Assembly (NCBI GenBank): GCA_030754885.1
Contig: JASLZL010000017.1
Location: forward strand, 12,999-76,998
Source of the DNA: Rhodospirillales bacterium
Lineage (GTDB): Bacteria > Pseudomonadota > Alphaproteobacteria > Rhodospirillales > JASLLZ01
Length of the DNA: 64,000 nt
Direction of reading: 5' to 3'
How positions within the stretch are numbered: position 1 is the stretch's first letter; the number at the start of each line of letters is the position of its first letter. The translations under genes and the position numbers were made by a program. Shown here piece after piece: positions 42,279 to 52,077 of this stretch. The notes under the pieces were generated by a model. That model was given only the letters and a program-made list of their open reading frames with translations, did no database searches and was not told where the DNA came from.

Positions 42279-42907
42279 AATTCAATGCCCTTTTGCGCCT
42301 TCACCCCGGATCGGAACGGGTGCTTGACCATCGTCATCTCGGTTACCAGGTCAGCCACCTCTATTAGCTCGGGCTTGGCGTTGCGCCCGGTGATGACGAC
42401 ATGCAAATTGTCGGGCTTGCCGGTAAGCACCTCGAGCACTTCGTTGAGCGGCAAATAGCCGTACCGCAATACGATGTTGAGTTCGTCAAGGATCACCATG
42501 TCGTATCCGGCGTCATCGCCGCGTGCCGATTTGATCATCTTCTTCGAAGCTTCCCACGCGGCCCAGGCAGCGGCGACATCGCGCGCCCGGTCCTGGGTTT
42601 CCCAGGTGAAGCCTTCGCCCATGGTGCGAATCGTGACCTGGTCGGGAAATTTCTCCATCACCACACGCTCACCGGTGTCCCACTTGCCCTTGACGTATTG
42701 GACGATGCCGACCTTCATGCCGTTGCCGATGGCTCTGGCAGCCAGGCCGAACGCTGCGGTCGACTTGCCCTTACCCTTACCGGTATGGACAATCACCAGG
42801 CCTTTCTCGATGGTCTTGGTGGCCAGCATCTTGTCGCGCGCCTGCTTGCGCTTCTTGGCCTTCTCGTTGGCCCGGCGGTTGACGTCGTCTTGATCGGATT
42901 CGGTCAT
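42275..42907 (-). CDS. cobO: Cob(I)yrinic acid a,c-diamide adenosyltransferase
   Basis: VHTGKGKGKSTAAFG, GFTWETQD, ILDELN, KHPF..G.KAQKGIEF. Confidence 0.96.
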   Translation of the reverse strand: MTESDQDDVNRRANEKAKKRKQARDKMLATKTIEKGLVIVHTGKGKGKSTAAFGLAARAIGNGMKVGIVQYVKGKWDTGERVVMEKFPDQVTIRTMGEGFTWETQDRARDVAAAWAAWEASKKMIKSARGDDAGYDMVILDELNIVLRYGYLPLNEVLEVLTGKPDNLHVVITGRNAKPELIEVADLVTEMTMVKHPFRSGVKAQKGIEF

Positions 42908-45900
42908 GGTACTTCCTCCGCTGATGTTGCGGCGATCTCGGCAAGGCGCCCGTGGATCGAGTTGGAGCGCGGCTTCCACAGACCGCGTTCCATGGCTTCG
43001 GTAAGCCGCTCGGCAATCTCGCACGCCGCCACTGGGTTATTGTCCTCAAGGAATTTACGGACCTCTTCGTCCTCCAGATAGGCCTCGAAGACCAGGTCGA
43101 AATGATGGTCGGCGACGGCCCGCGCGGTGGCTGCGAAGGCGAACATATAATCGACCGTCGCCGCCATCTCGAAGGCGCCTTTGTAGCCGTGGCGCATGAC
43201 CCCTTTTATCCACTTCGGATTGACAACGCGGGCGCGAACGACACGCCCGATTTCGTCTTCCAGCGTCCGCACTTTAGGGCTTTCAGGCCGCGAATGATCG
43301 TTGTGGTAGACCACCGGCTGATCGCCCGACAGGTGACGTACGGCGGCGGCAATACCGCCTTCGAACTGGTAATAGTCATCGGAATCGAGAAGGTCATGTT
43401 CCCGGTTGTCCTGGTTGTGGAGCACGACCTCGGTCCCGGCCAACAAGGATTCAAACTGGCCATGAGCCGCCTTGCCCTCGGCCCCGCTGCCGTAGACGTA
43501 TCCGCCCCAGGCGACATAGGCGCGGGCCAGATCGGCGTCGGTCTTCCACCCTTTCTCGTCGATGAGCGCCTGCAATCCGGCGCCATAGGCTCCGGGCTTG
43601 GAGCCGAAGATGCGGAACCCGGCACGGCGTTCGGCCTCATCTTTGTCCATCCCCTCGCCGACGAATCGCCGGGCATCACCCTTAACCTGCGCCGCCAGCG
43701 GGTTTTGTACGTCGGGCTCGTCAAGGGCCGCCACCGCGCGCACGGCGGAATCGAACAGGTCGATCTGGGCCGGAAAGGCATCGCGGAAAAACCCCGAGAT
43801 TCTCAACGTCACATCGATCCTGGGCCGGTCGAGGACGGCGAGCGGCATCACCTCGAATCCTGTGACCCGCCTCGATGCTACCTCCCAGCACGGCTTGACC
43901 CCCATCAGAGCCAACGCCTGTGCGATATCATCGCCGCCGGTACGCATGTTGGACGTTCCCCAGGCGCTGAGCGCCAAACGCCGGGGCCAACGTCCGTGTG
44001 TCTGGCGGTGATGGTCGAGAAGCCGTGCGGCCGATTTCCAGCCCAGTTGCCACGCCGCCGGCGTCGGCACGGTGCGGCTGTCGAGAGAATAGAAATTACG
44101 GCCCGTGGGCAGTACGTCGGTTCGTCCGCGCGTCGGTGCGCCCGACGGTCCCGGTTCGACGAACCGCCCATCAAGGGCCGTAAGCGCACCGCCGATCTCG
44201 GCCGCACCGCTCGCTGTCACGGCGGGCCGAATATCAGCAGCAATGACCTCAAGCACGTCGCGGGTCTGGCACCACTCGGGGTCGGGCACGGCTTGCCCGC
44301 CGACGAGCCGCGCTGCAAGATTTTCCAACAGCTCCACCGTATCGCCGTTTGATCGCCACGTTTGGCCGTTCACCAGCCCGTTCGGTCTGGGTCCGGTCCA
44401 CGGTGCCCCCATCTCGCAGTCGAGGGGATCGAAGCCTTTCTCACCACCCGACAGTCCGAAATCGGCGGCCAGCGCGCGGATTAAGGAGGCATCACCGTTC
44501 TCACCTTGGAAGCGAGGCAACCGGGTAAGCGCCACTAAAAGATCGGTCAACAACCGTCCTTCGGGCGCCATGCCGAAAACATGCAGCCCGTCGCGAATTT
44601 GCATCTCCTTTAGTTCGCAAAGATAATTGTCGAGCTTGGCCAGCGCCGCGTCGGGTTCGTCGGTAGCGGAGACGTCGCTGTCCTTGTCGAGACCCGTGGT
44701 GCGCGTCAGTTCCAAGATGTCGTCACGCAACACGGCGAGGCGACGCGGGTCGACACCCGCGGCCTCGTAATACTCATCGACAAGTTGCTCCAACTCGGCC
44801 AGCGGACCATAGGTCTCGGCGCGGGTCAGCGGCGGTGTCAAATGATCGACGATAACCGCTCGGGCACGGCGCTTGGCCTGGGACCCCTCGCCCGGGTCGT
44901 TGACGATGAAGGGATAGATATGGGGCGTCGGACCCTGGGCGACCTCGGGAAAGCAATCGGCGGAAAGAGCCAGGGACTTGCCCGGCAGCCATTCCATGTT
45001 GCCGTGCTTGCCCATGTGGATCATGGCGTGGGCACCGAATTTGCTGCGCAGCCAGGCATAGAACGCCAGATAACCGTGCGGCGGCACCAGGTCCGGGTCG
45101 TGGTAAGTGCGCACGGGATCAATGTTGTAGCCACGCGCCGGCTGTAGCCCCAGGGCGACGTTACCGAACCGCACCACGGAAAGGCGGAATTGCCCGTCGG
45201 CGAAGAACGGATCGTCTTCGGGCCGGCCCCACTTTTGGATAACACGCGTCTGCGCGGCATCGGGCAGCGTGGCGAAAAAGGCTTCGTAATCACCCAGGGC
45301 GAGCCGTTCACCGCCTATCCGTGCCGCCCGCACCACAAGATCGTTGGTCGGCCCCATCGCCAGACGGCGCACCAGGGCGTTACCGTCGGCCGGCAGCTCA
45401 CCCACGGTGTAGCCGGCTTCGGCCATCGCGCGTAACAACGTGAGCGTACTCGCCGGCGTATCCAGGCCGACACCGTTGCCGATGCGCCCGTCCCGGTTCG
45501 GGTAGTTGGCGAGGATAAGGGCGACGCACCTATCCTTTGCTGAAGTGCGCGCAAGACGCGCCCAGTTTGCGGCAAGTTGGGCAGTGAACGCGATGCGGTC
45601 GGGGACATCTTTGTAGGTCACGACCGAGGATTCCGTCGCCGGATCGAACCGGGCCTCGGTCTTGAAGGAGACGGCGCCGGCCAGGATGCGGCCGTCGACC
45701 TCGGGCAAGGCGACGTTCATGGCGATGTCGCGGGCCGAAAGACCGCTTGCGCCCTCAGCCCAGGCTTCTTCGGTTCCGCCGGCGAAGACCACTTGGAGGA
45801 CCGGACAGCCAGCCATATCGAACGGTGTCTCTCGGCGCTCGTGCCCAGGGCTTGAGACGGCAAAACCCGTGGCATTTAAAATAACGTCGGGCCGGGCTTC

Positions 45901-46665
45901 TTCGAACAACCCGGCCATGATTCCGGCCGAGACCGCATCCTTGAGGCTCGCCGTATAAATGGGCAGCGGGTTCATACCGTTGAGCCTAAGCTGGCGGACA
46001 AGCGCATCGACCGGCGCCAGGTTGGAAGCCTGCAACAACGCCCGGTAAAAGACGATTGCCGCGATGGGTGCGCCGTCGGTCCACAGTGCCCCGAGATCGT
46101 CAAGGGTCGGACGTTGGATCCCCGGCCAGTAAAGTCCGGCCCGCAAGACCGGTGCCGGTTCGCGCCATTCGCCGCCATGACCGATCAATTCGGCGGCATA
46201 GGCCAGGAAATTGTGCGCGTTCTCGGGCCCGCCATGGACACAGTATTGCCATAGCCGGTGCAAGGGTTCGGGTTCCAATCCGCTCAAGGCGGTCAATTCG
46301 GCATCGGGTTGGTCGTCGCCCGGCAATAACGCCAATTTGACGCCGTTGGCCCGGCACGCCGCGACCGTTTGTTCAATGCCATAGGGCCAATACCCGACAC
46401 CGCCAAGAAGCCTGACAACGACCAGTTTGGCGCGGATGACCACCGCCTCGATGTAGGTATCGACGGACAAATTGTGGGCCAGGTTCAAAAGATTGGCGCA
46501 GCGAACGGTCGGGAATTCGTCTCCGTGTTCGGCCCGCGCGGCGGCCAAAGATGCAAGTTCGGTATCGGCGGCGGACAAGACCACGATATCGCCCGGGCTT
46601 TGGCCGAGATCGATGGCCTCCGATCCATCGGCGATGCCACCCGGTTGAGCCGCCAACAAATGCAT
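42904..46665 (-). CDS. cobN: Cobaltochelatase subunit CobN
   Basis: 1253 aa; MHLLAAQPG, GNGVGLDTP, HMGKHGNMEWLPGK, PTGRNFYS, VNPKWI..VMRHGYKGA. Confidence 0.97.
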   Translation of the reverse strand: MHLLAAQPGGIADGSEAIDLGQSPGDIVVLSAADTELASLAAARAEHGDEFPTVRCANLLNLAHNLSVDTYIEAVVIRAKLVVVRLLGGVGYWPYGIEQTVAACRANGVKLALLPGDDQPDAELTALSGLEPEPLHRLWQYCVHGGPENAHNFLAYAAELIGHGGEWREPAPVLRAGLYWPGIQRPTLDDLGALWTDGAPIAAIVFYRALLQASNLAPVDALVRQLRLNGMNPLPIYTASLKDAVSAGIMAGLFEEARPDVILNATGFAVSSPGHERRETPFDMAGCPVLQVVFAGGTEEAWAEGASGLSARDIAMNVALPEVDGRILAGAVSFKTEARFDPATESSVVTYKDVPDRIAFTAQLAANWARLARTSAKDRCVALILANYPNRDGRIGNGVGLDTPASTLTLLRAMAEAGYTVGELPADGNALVRRLAMGPTNDLVVRAARIGGERLALGDYEAFFATLPDAAQTRVIQKWGRPEDDPFFADGQFRLSVVRFGNVALGLQPARGYNIDPVRTYHDPDLVPPHGYLAFYAWLRSKFGAHAMIHMGKHGNMEWLPGKSLALSADCFPEVAQGPTPHIYPFIVNDPGEGSQAKRRARAVIVDHLTPPLTRAETYGPLAELEQLVDEYYEAAGVDPRRLAVLRDDILELTRTTGLDKDSDVSATDEPDAALAKLDNYLCELKEMQIRDGLHVFGMAPEGRLLTDLLVALTRLPRFQGENGDASLIRALAADFGLSGGEKGFDPLDCEMGAPWTGPRPNGLVNGQTWRSNGDTVELLENLAARLVGGQAVPDPEWCQTRDVLEVIAADIRPAVTASGAAEIGGALTALDGRFVEPGPSGAPTRGRTDVLPTGRNFYSLDSRTVPTPAAWQLGWKSAARLLDHHRQTHGRWPRRLALSAWGTSNMRTGGDDIAQALALMGVKPCWEVASRRVTGFEVMPLAVLDRPRIDVTLRISGFFRDAFPAQIDLFDSAVRAVAALDEPDVQNPLAAQVKGDARRFVGEGMDKDEAERRAGFRIFGSKPGAYGAGLQALIDEKGWKTDADLARAYVAWGGYVYGSGAEGKAAHGQFESLLAGTEVVLHNQDNREHDLLDSDDYYQFEGGIAAAVRHLSGDQPVVYHNDHSRPESPKVRTLEDEIGRVVRARVVNPKWIKGVMRHGYKGAFEMAATVDYMFAFAATARAVADHHFDLVFEAYLEDEEVRKFLEDNNPVAACEIAERLTEAMERGLWKPRSNSIHGRLAEIAATSAEEVP

Positions 46666-46668
46666 GGT

Positions 46669-47703
46669 TCAGCCCCGTATCGCCGTCTCGATGGCAAGAC
46701 GATCGAGCCCGGTCTGCCCGATCACCACTAGACGCCCATCGCGCTCTTCACCGTCGTGCCAGTCGCGGTCGAAGTAATGTTGGATGCGAGGCCCGACGCC
46801 TTGCACCAAGAGTCGCATATCGCGCCCGGCGACCGCGAAGAACCCCTTGATGCGCAAGATACCGTGCTCTGCAATGATGGGTGTCAGGCGGGCCACCAGG
46901 GCGTCTGGCGACGCGATCTCGCCCATGGTCACGGTGAAGCTTTCGAAGTCGTCGTGCTCGTGGTCGTCCTGGCCGTCGTGGTGCGATGGTCGCTGAGCCA
47001 GATCGTCCTCTGCCGCCGCCGCCAAGCCAAGAAGTACATTGGCGTCAATTGCTCCGTGGGCTGCACGCACCAGCTTGACCTGGGGGCGCAGTTGATCGGC
47101 CAGCGTTCTTTCGGTGTTGGCCAGGGCATCCACCGTCAAGAGGTCCGATTTGTTGAGAATAACCATATCGGCGCATGCTATCTGATCGTCGAAGACCTCC
47201 TTGAGCGGGCTGTCGTGATCGAGAGCATCGTCGGCCTGGCGCTGGGCATCAATGGCGTCGGGATCGTCGGCGAAGCGGCCGTCATCGACGGCAGCGCCGT
47301 CAAGCACCGCGATCACCCCGTCGACGGTGACGCGGGTGCGGATCTCGGGCCAGCTGAACGCCTGCAGCAATGGCTTGGGCAGCGCCAGGCCCGAAGTTTC
47401 GATGACGATGTGGTCGGGCGGTTCGGGCCGGGACAGCAGAGCCTCGATCGTCGGGATGAAGTCATCGGCAACCGTGCAACAGATGCAGCCGTTGGCAAGC
47501 TCGACGATATCGTCCTCGGTGCAGGCGTCGTCGCCACAGCCCTTGAGGATTTCGCCGTCGACGCCCAGGTCACCGAATTCGTTGATAATCAAGGCCAGCC
47601 GCCGCCCGTCGGCGGTCTTCAGCACGTGACGGATTAGGCTCGTCTTACCGGCGCCGAGAAAACCGGTGATCACGGTGGCGGGGATCTTGTTGGCTAAGCT
47701 CAT
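46669..47703 (-). CDS. cobW: Cobalamin biosynthesis GTPase metallochaperone CobW
   Basis: TGFLGAGKT, INEFG, NGCICCTV, ETSGLALPKPL, His patch. Confidence 0.95.
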   Translation of the reverse strand: MSLANKIPATVITGFLGAGKTSLIRHVLKTADGRRLALIINEFGDLGVDGEILKGCGDDACTEDDIVELANGCICCTVADDFIPTIEALLSRPEPPDHIVIETSGLALPKPLLQAFSWPEIRTRVTVDGVIAVLDGAAVDDGRFADDPDAIDAQRQADDALDHDSPLKEVFDDQIACADMVILNKSDLLTVDALANTERTLADQLRPQVKLVRAAHGAIDANVLLGLAAAAEDDLAQRPSHHDGQDDHEHDDFESFTVTMGEIASPDALVARLTPIIAEHGILRIKGFFAVAGRDMRLLVQGVGPRIQHYFDRDWHDGEERDGRLVVIGQTGLDRLAIETAIRG

Positions 47704-48272
47704 GTCGAATTCTCCACGACCGCAGGGGTTTTAAGATGCATAGGCAGGCCGGCGGTCACGAACACCACCGATTGCGCGGCCTCCGCCGCTGCCTGATTGA
47801 GGTGTCCGGCAAAATCGCGGAACCGACGGGCAAGGGCATTTTCGGGCACGATGCCAAGGCCCACTTCGTTGGCGACCAGAACCGCTGACCCGGTGAGTTT
47901 CGGCAGCGCCCGGGTCAACGCCGCGAGCTCCGCTTCGACGTCACGCCCGGCAGCCATCAGATTGGATAGCCAGAGCGTCAGGCAATCGACGAGCACGCAA
48001 CGATCCGGACCCACAGCCGCCTTGAGGTCGGCTATCAGGTCAAGCGGCGTCTCCACCGTCCGCCAGCGCCGACCGCGCCGCTTGCGGTGGACGCGGATAC
48101 GCGAAACCATCTCGTCATCGCCCGCCTCGGCGGTGGCGAGATAGACGCACTCGCCGTCTTGGCCTTCGACCAGGGATTCGGCGTATCGGCTCTTTCCCGA
48201 CCGCGCACCACCAAGGACCAGGGTGAGCGGTGGCAATGCGGATGGCGATTGGAAAACAGTCTTAGAAGGCAT
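47700..48272 (-). CDS. cobU: Bifunctional adenosylcobinamide kinase / cobinamide-phosphate guanylyltransferase (CobU; CobP)
   Basis: LVLGGARSGKSRYAE, LVDCLTLWLSNL, NEVGLGIVP. Confidence 0.95.
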   Translation of the reverse strand: MPSKTVFQSPSALPPLTLVLGGARSGKSRYAESLVEGQDGECVYLATAEAGDDEMVSRIRVHRKRRGRRWRTVETPLDLIADLKAAVGPDRCVLVDCLTLWLSNLMAAGRDVEAELAALTRALPKLTGSAVLVANEVGLGIVPENALARRFRDFAGHLNQAAAEAAQSVVFVTAGLPMHLKTPAVVENST

Positions 48273-48300
48273 AAGTGCCCTCCTCCCTCCGAGGATCACG

Positions 48301-48500
48301 AACGAGCGGCCGAGCGAAGTGTCCTGGCTTGGGGTCATCGGATCCGGCGCCTTCCCGACGCAACCGCGTCAGTGACGTTTTGCCGGACCCTCGCCACTTA
48401 CAGTTGCGGGGGCAGCGCCGGCCTGGCCGCATACGCACAGGGCGTATAGGGCGTCACCAGCTTCCTCCTTCTCGGCACGACGACACTAGCCCGTCTCGTT
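48301..48500 (-). ncRNA. Cobalamin riboswitch (variant) upstream of the cobU-cobW-cobN-cobO-cobQ operon
   Basis: Minus strand: AAGGAGGAAGCTGGTG, CTGCCCCCGCAACTGTAA, GTCACTG..GGGAAGG, AAGCCAGGACAC. Confidence 0.88.
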
Positions 48501-48616
48501 CATGGGCGCCAGTGCGATTCGGCCCGATGTTCTGGACCGGGAAACTCGACACCACCCGCGCTTCGGCATACGTTCGCCCCAGGAACACGTAATCCAGACG
48601 ACGTCGGAGGACGAAA

Positions 48617-49672
48617 ATGAGTGCAGACAAGATCCGAGTGGGCATTATCGGCGCCGGCGCGAACACGCGGCTACGCCACATTCCGGGCCTGCAAGAACAG
48701 CCCGGCGTCGAACTTGTGGCGGTCGCCAACCGGTCGGCGGAATCCAGCGCGCGGGCGGCCAAGGAATACGGTATTCCCCACGCCGCCGCCCATTGGCAGG
48801 ATATCGTTGCCGACGAGACGATCGACGCCGTTTGCATCGGCACCTGGCCCTATCTGCACGCGCCGATAACAATCGCGGCGCTCGAGGCCGGCAAGCATGT
48901 GCTGTGCGAGGCCCGCATGGCCATGAATGCAACAGAGGGACATGCCATGCTGCGCGCGGCGCGGGCCCGGCCCGCCTTGGTCGCGCAGATCGTTCCGGCG
49001 CCCCATACCCTGCACTTCGATCAAACCATCATCGATCTGGTCGCGGACGGCGCCATCGGCGATCTTCTTGCCATCCACGCCCAGATCGTGACCGGGAGCG
49101 ACTTCCCACAGTGGGACTCGCCCCCGCACTGGCGCCATGACCGGGATCTTTCCGGCAATAACATCATGGTGATGGGAATCTGGTACGAGGCGATGATGCG
49201 CTGGGTCGGCCCCGCCAAGACGGTTCACGCGGTCGGACAGGCGGTCGTCAAGCACCGCAAGGACGCGACCGGACGGCGGATCGCCATGCCCATTCCCGAT
49301 TTGATCGACGTCCTCGGCCGAATGGAACAAGGCGGGCAGATGCGCATGTCGGTTTCCAACGTGCTCGGCCTGGCGTCCGGCACGGAAGTCGGCCTCTACG
49401 GCACCGAAGGCACGATCAAGCTCGCCGAAGGAGATGACGGGTTTGGATTGTGGTCGGGACGGCGTGGCGACGACGCGCTAAAGCCGGTCAAGATCGCACC
49501 GGAGAAAGCGGGCGATTGGCGCGTCGAAGAGGAGTTCATCAACGCCGTCCGCGGTACCGAGGCGGTGACCCATACCGACCTGGTCACGGCGGTCAAGTAC
49601 ATGGAATGGTCGGACGCGGTGTGCCAGTCGCTCAACACGGGGGATACCGTCTATCTACCACGAATCGATTGA
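48617..49672 (+). CDS. Gfo/Idh/MocA-family oxidoreductase
   Basis: IRVGIIGAG, IDAVCIGTWPYLH, AGKHVLCEARMA. Confidence 0.9.
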   Translation: MSADKIRVGIIGAGANTRLRHIPGLQEQPGVELVAVANRSAESSARAAKEYGIPHAAAHWQDIVADETIDAVCIGTWPYLHAPITIAALEAGKHVLCEARMAMNATEGHAMLRAARARPALVAQIVPAPHTLHFDQTIIDLVADGAIGDLLAIHAQIVTGSDFPQWDSPPHWRHDRDLSGNNIMVMGIWYEAMMRWVGPAKTVHAVGQAVVKHRKDATGRRIAMPIPDLIDVLGRMEQGGQMRMSVSNVLGLASGTEVGLYGTEGTIKLAEGDDGFGLWSGRRGDDALKPVKIAPEKAGDWRVEEEFINAVRGTEAVTHTDLVTAVKYMEWSDAVCQSLNTGDTVYLPRID

Positions 49673-49677
49673 TTCAA

Positions 49678-50922
49678 ATGAAAAAACCAAAGATCGACGG
49701 AGAGCGCCTATGGGCCAGCCTGATGGACATGGGCCGCATCGGGGCCACGCCTGGCGGCGGCTCGGGGCGCATCGCGTTGACCGATCTGGACCGCGAGGCG
49801 CGCGACGTGTTCGTCGACTGGAGCCGGGAGGCGGGCTGCGCGGTGCGGATCGACCGCATGGGCAACATCTTTGCCCGTCGTGCCGGCACCGATGATGCCC
49901 GACCCCCGGTCATGACGGGAAGCCACCTGGATACCCAGCCGCTCGGCGGAAAGTTCGACGGCGTCTACGGCGTGCTTGCGGGACTTGAGGTGGTGCGCAC
50001 TCTGAACGATGCCAGCATCGAAACCGAAGCGCCCATCGACGTCGTCGTGTGGACCGACGAAGAAGGAGTACGCTTCCAATCGTCCATGATCGCATCGGGC
50101 ATATTCGCCGGCATGTACGATCTGGACCACGGGCTCTCTTCCGCCGACAGCAACGGCAATACCATGGGCGGGGAGTTGGAGCGCATCGGCTACGCCGGGC
50201 CCGAACCGGTGGGCGGCTATCCGATCGACGCCTTTTTCGAGGCTCACATCGAACAAGGTCCACTTTTGGAATCGGAGGGCAAATCCGTCGGCGTGGTCCT
50301 CGGCGCCCAGGGCAAGCGCTGTTTTCGCGTCACCGTCGAGGGCGAGGAAGGACATGCCGGGACGCTTCCCATGGATCAGCGCCGCGATGCACTCCTCGGC
50401 GCGGCACGCATGATCGACGCCGTTAACCACGTCGCCTTCTCTCACCAGCCCCGCCCGGTAATCACCGTCGGTGCCATCAGGGCGCGGCCGAATTCACCCA
50501 ACACAATCTCGGGGCGAACCGAATTCACCATCGATTCCCGCCATCCCGACGGCGACTTGCTGGCTGCCATCGGCGACGACTTGCGCCGGGTGTGCGCAGA
50601 GATTGTCGACGAGGCGGGTCTCGGCCTGAACGTCGAACAGAGCACCCACCGGCCGACGGTGACCTTTGATCCGTCCTGCATTACGGCAATTCGCGAGGCC
50701 GCAGAGGAGCGTGGTATCTCGCATCGGGACATTTATTCAGCCGCCGGACACGACGCTTGCAATATCTCGCTTTGCGCGCCGACGGGCATGATCTTCGTAC
50801 CCTGCGAGAATGGCATCAGCCACAACGAGAAAGAAAATGCCAAGCCCGAAGACCTAGCCGCCGGTTGTGACGTCCTCCTCGGCGCCGTACTCGGGCGGGC
50901 CAATAGGGAAAACCGGCGTTAA
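49678..50922 (+). CDS. M20 Zn-dependent hydrolase (N-carbamoyl-L-amino-acid amidohydrolase / beta-ureidopropionase type)
   Basis: GSHLDTQP.GGKFDG, WTDEEG.RF, EAHIEQGP, GHAGT, AGHDA, GISHN. Confidence 0.92.
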   Translation: MKKPKIDGERLWASLMDMGRIGATPGGGSGRIALTDLDREARDVFVDWSREAGCAVRIDRMGNIFARRAGTDDARPPVMTGSHLDTQPLGGKFDGVYGVLAGLEVVRTLNDASIETEAPIDVVVWTDEEGVRFQSSMIASGIFAGMYDLDHGLSSADSNGNTMGGELERIGYAGPEPVGGYPIDAFFEAHIEQGPLLESEGKSVGVVLGAQGKRCFRVTVEGEEGHAGTLPMDQRRDALLGAARMIDAVNHVAFSHQPRPVITVGAIRARPNSPNTISGRTEFTIDSRHPDGDLLAAIGDDLRRVCAEIVDEAGLGLNVEQSTHRPTVTFDPSCITAIREAAEERGISHRDIYSAAGHDACNISLCAPTGMIFVPCENGISHNEKENAKPEDLAAGCDVLLGAVLGRANRENRR

Positions 50923-50982
50923 TAAAGTAATAAGCGGTCTTGGGGTAACGTCGCCTTCTCGCCATCTGGGGAAGGGGACTAG

Positions 50983-51222
50983 ATGAAACGTCTGGCCACG
51001 ATCACAGGGGTCCTTCTTGTGCTGGGTGCCTGCTCGGCTTACGAAAAGGGCGAAGTCGTCAAGAGCAGCCCACAAGAGATAAAGATCGGCATCGCCTATG
51101 ACGCCGCCGTCGATGGCGTCGATAGTCGCCGCCAGGCGACCGAGCATTGCGCCGAATCGAGCAAGGGGGCGGTCTGGTACGGCCACGATCGGGACGGCAA
51201 TATGCACTACCGCTGCGAATAA
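50983..51222 (+). CDS. Small putative lipoprotein
   Basis: GGGGA RBS; signal peptide with LGAC lipobox; two further Cys. Confidence 0.7.
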   Translation: MKRLATITGVLLVLGACSAYEKGEVVKSSPQEIKIGIAYDAAVDGVDSRRQATEHCAESSKGAVWYGHDRDGNMHYRCE

Positions 51223-51236
51223 TTCGTGCTAAAAGT

Positions 51237-51261
51237 AGGGCCCGCAGAAGTGGGTCTTTTT
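51237..51261 (+). terminator. Possible intrinsic terminator
   Basis: AGGGCCC..GGGTCT stem followed by a T run. Confidence 0.4.
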
Positions 51262-51300
51262 CGTGACAAAAGGCCCCGAATCGACCTATAGCGGGGTCCC

Positions 51301-52077
51301 ATGGTCAAGATCGCCACCTGGAACGTGAATTCCGTCCGCTCGCGCCTTCCCATCCTTCTCGACTGGCTGGGCGAAGCGGCGCCCGACGTGGTGCTGCTGC
51401 AAGAGACCAAGGCGACGGACGATCAGTTCCCGCGCCTTGAGATCGAAGACAAGGGCTACAATATCGAGACGGCGGGACAGAAGAGCTATAACGGTGTCGC
51501 CATCTTGTCGAAATCCCCTATCGAGGTCGACCTCCGGGCCCTTCCCGGCGACCCCGAGGATGAACAGGCGCGTTATATCGAGGCCTTTACCGGCGGCGTC
51601 CGCGTCGCCTCGATCTATCTGCCCAACGGCAACCCGACGGACGGGCCCAAGTACCCCTATAAACTGGCCTGGATGGAACGCCTTTATACCCACGTTCAGA
51701 CCCTTCTGGCCGACGAGGATGCCTTCGTCCTTGGCGGCGACTACAACGTGACGCCGGACGATGGCGATCTCTACGATCCCGAGGGCTGGCGCGACGATGC
51801 TCTGTGCCGCCCCGAAACCCGTGCGGCTTGGCGCAAAATTATCTACCTTGGCCTCACCGACGCGTTGCGCGCCACCAGCCCCGAGGTCGGGCGCTACACC
51901 TATTGGGACTATCGCGCCGGCGCCTGGTCCAAGGATCACGGGTTGCGCATCGATCATTTTCTGTTGTCGCCCCAGGCCGCCGATCGCTTGGTCGACACCG
52001 GCATCGACCGCGGGCCGCGTGGCCGCGAGAAGACATCCGACCACACGCCGGTGTGGTGCCAACTGGAAGACACATGA
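51301..52077 (+). CDS. xth: Exodeoxyribonuclease III
   Basis: IATWNVNS, LQETK, YNGVAILS, YLPNG, GDYN, LRIDH, SDHTPV. Confidence 0.96.
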   Translation: MVKIATWNVNSVRSRLPILLDWLGEAAPDVVLLQETKATDDQFPRLEIEDKGYNIETAGQKSYNGVAILSKSPIEVDLRALPGDPEDEQARYIEAFTGGVRVASIYLPNGNPTDGPKYPYKLAWMERLYTHVQTLLADEDAFVLGGDYNVTPDDGDLYDPEGWRDDALCRPETRAAWRKIIYLGLTDALRATSPEVGRYTYWDYRAGAWSKDHGLRIDHFLLSPQAADRLVDTGIDRGPRGREKTSDHTPVWCQLEDT

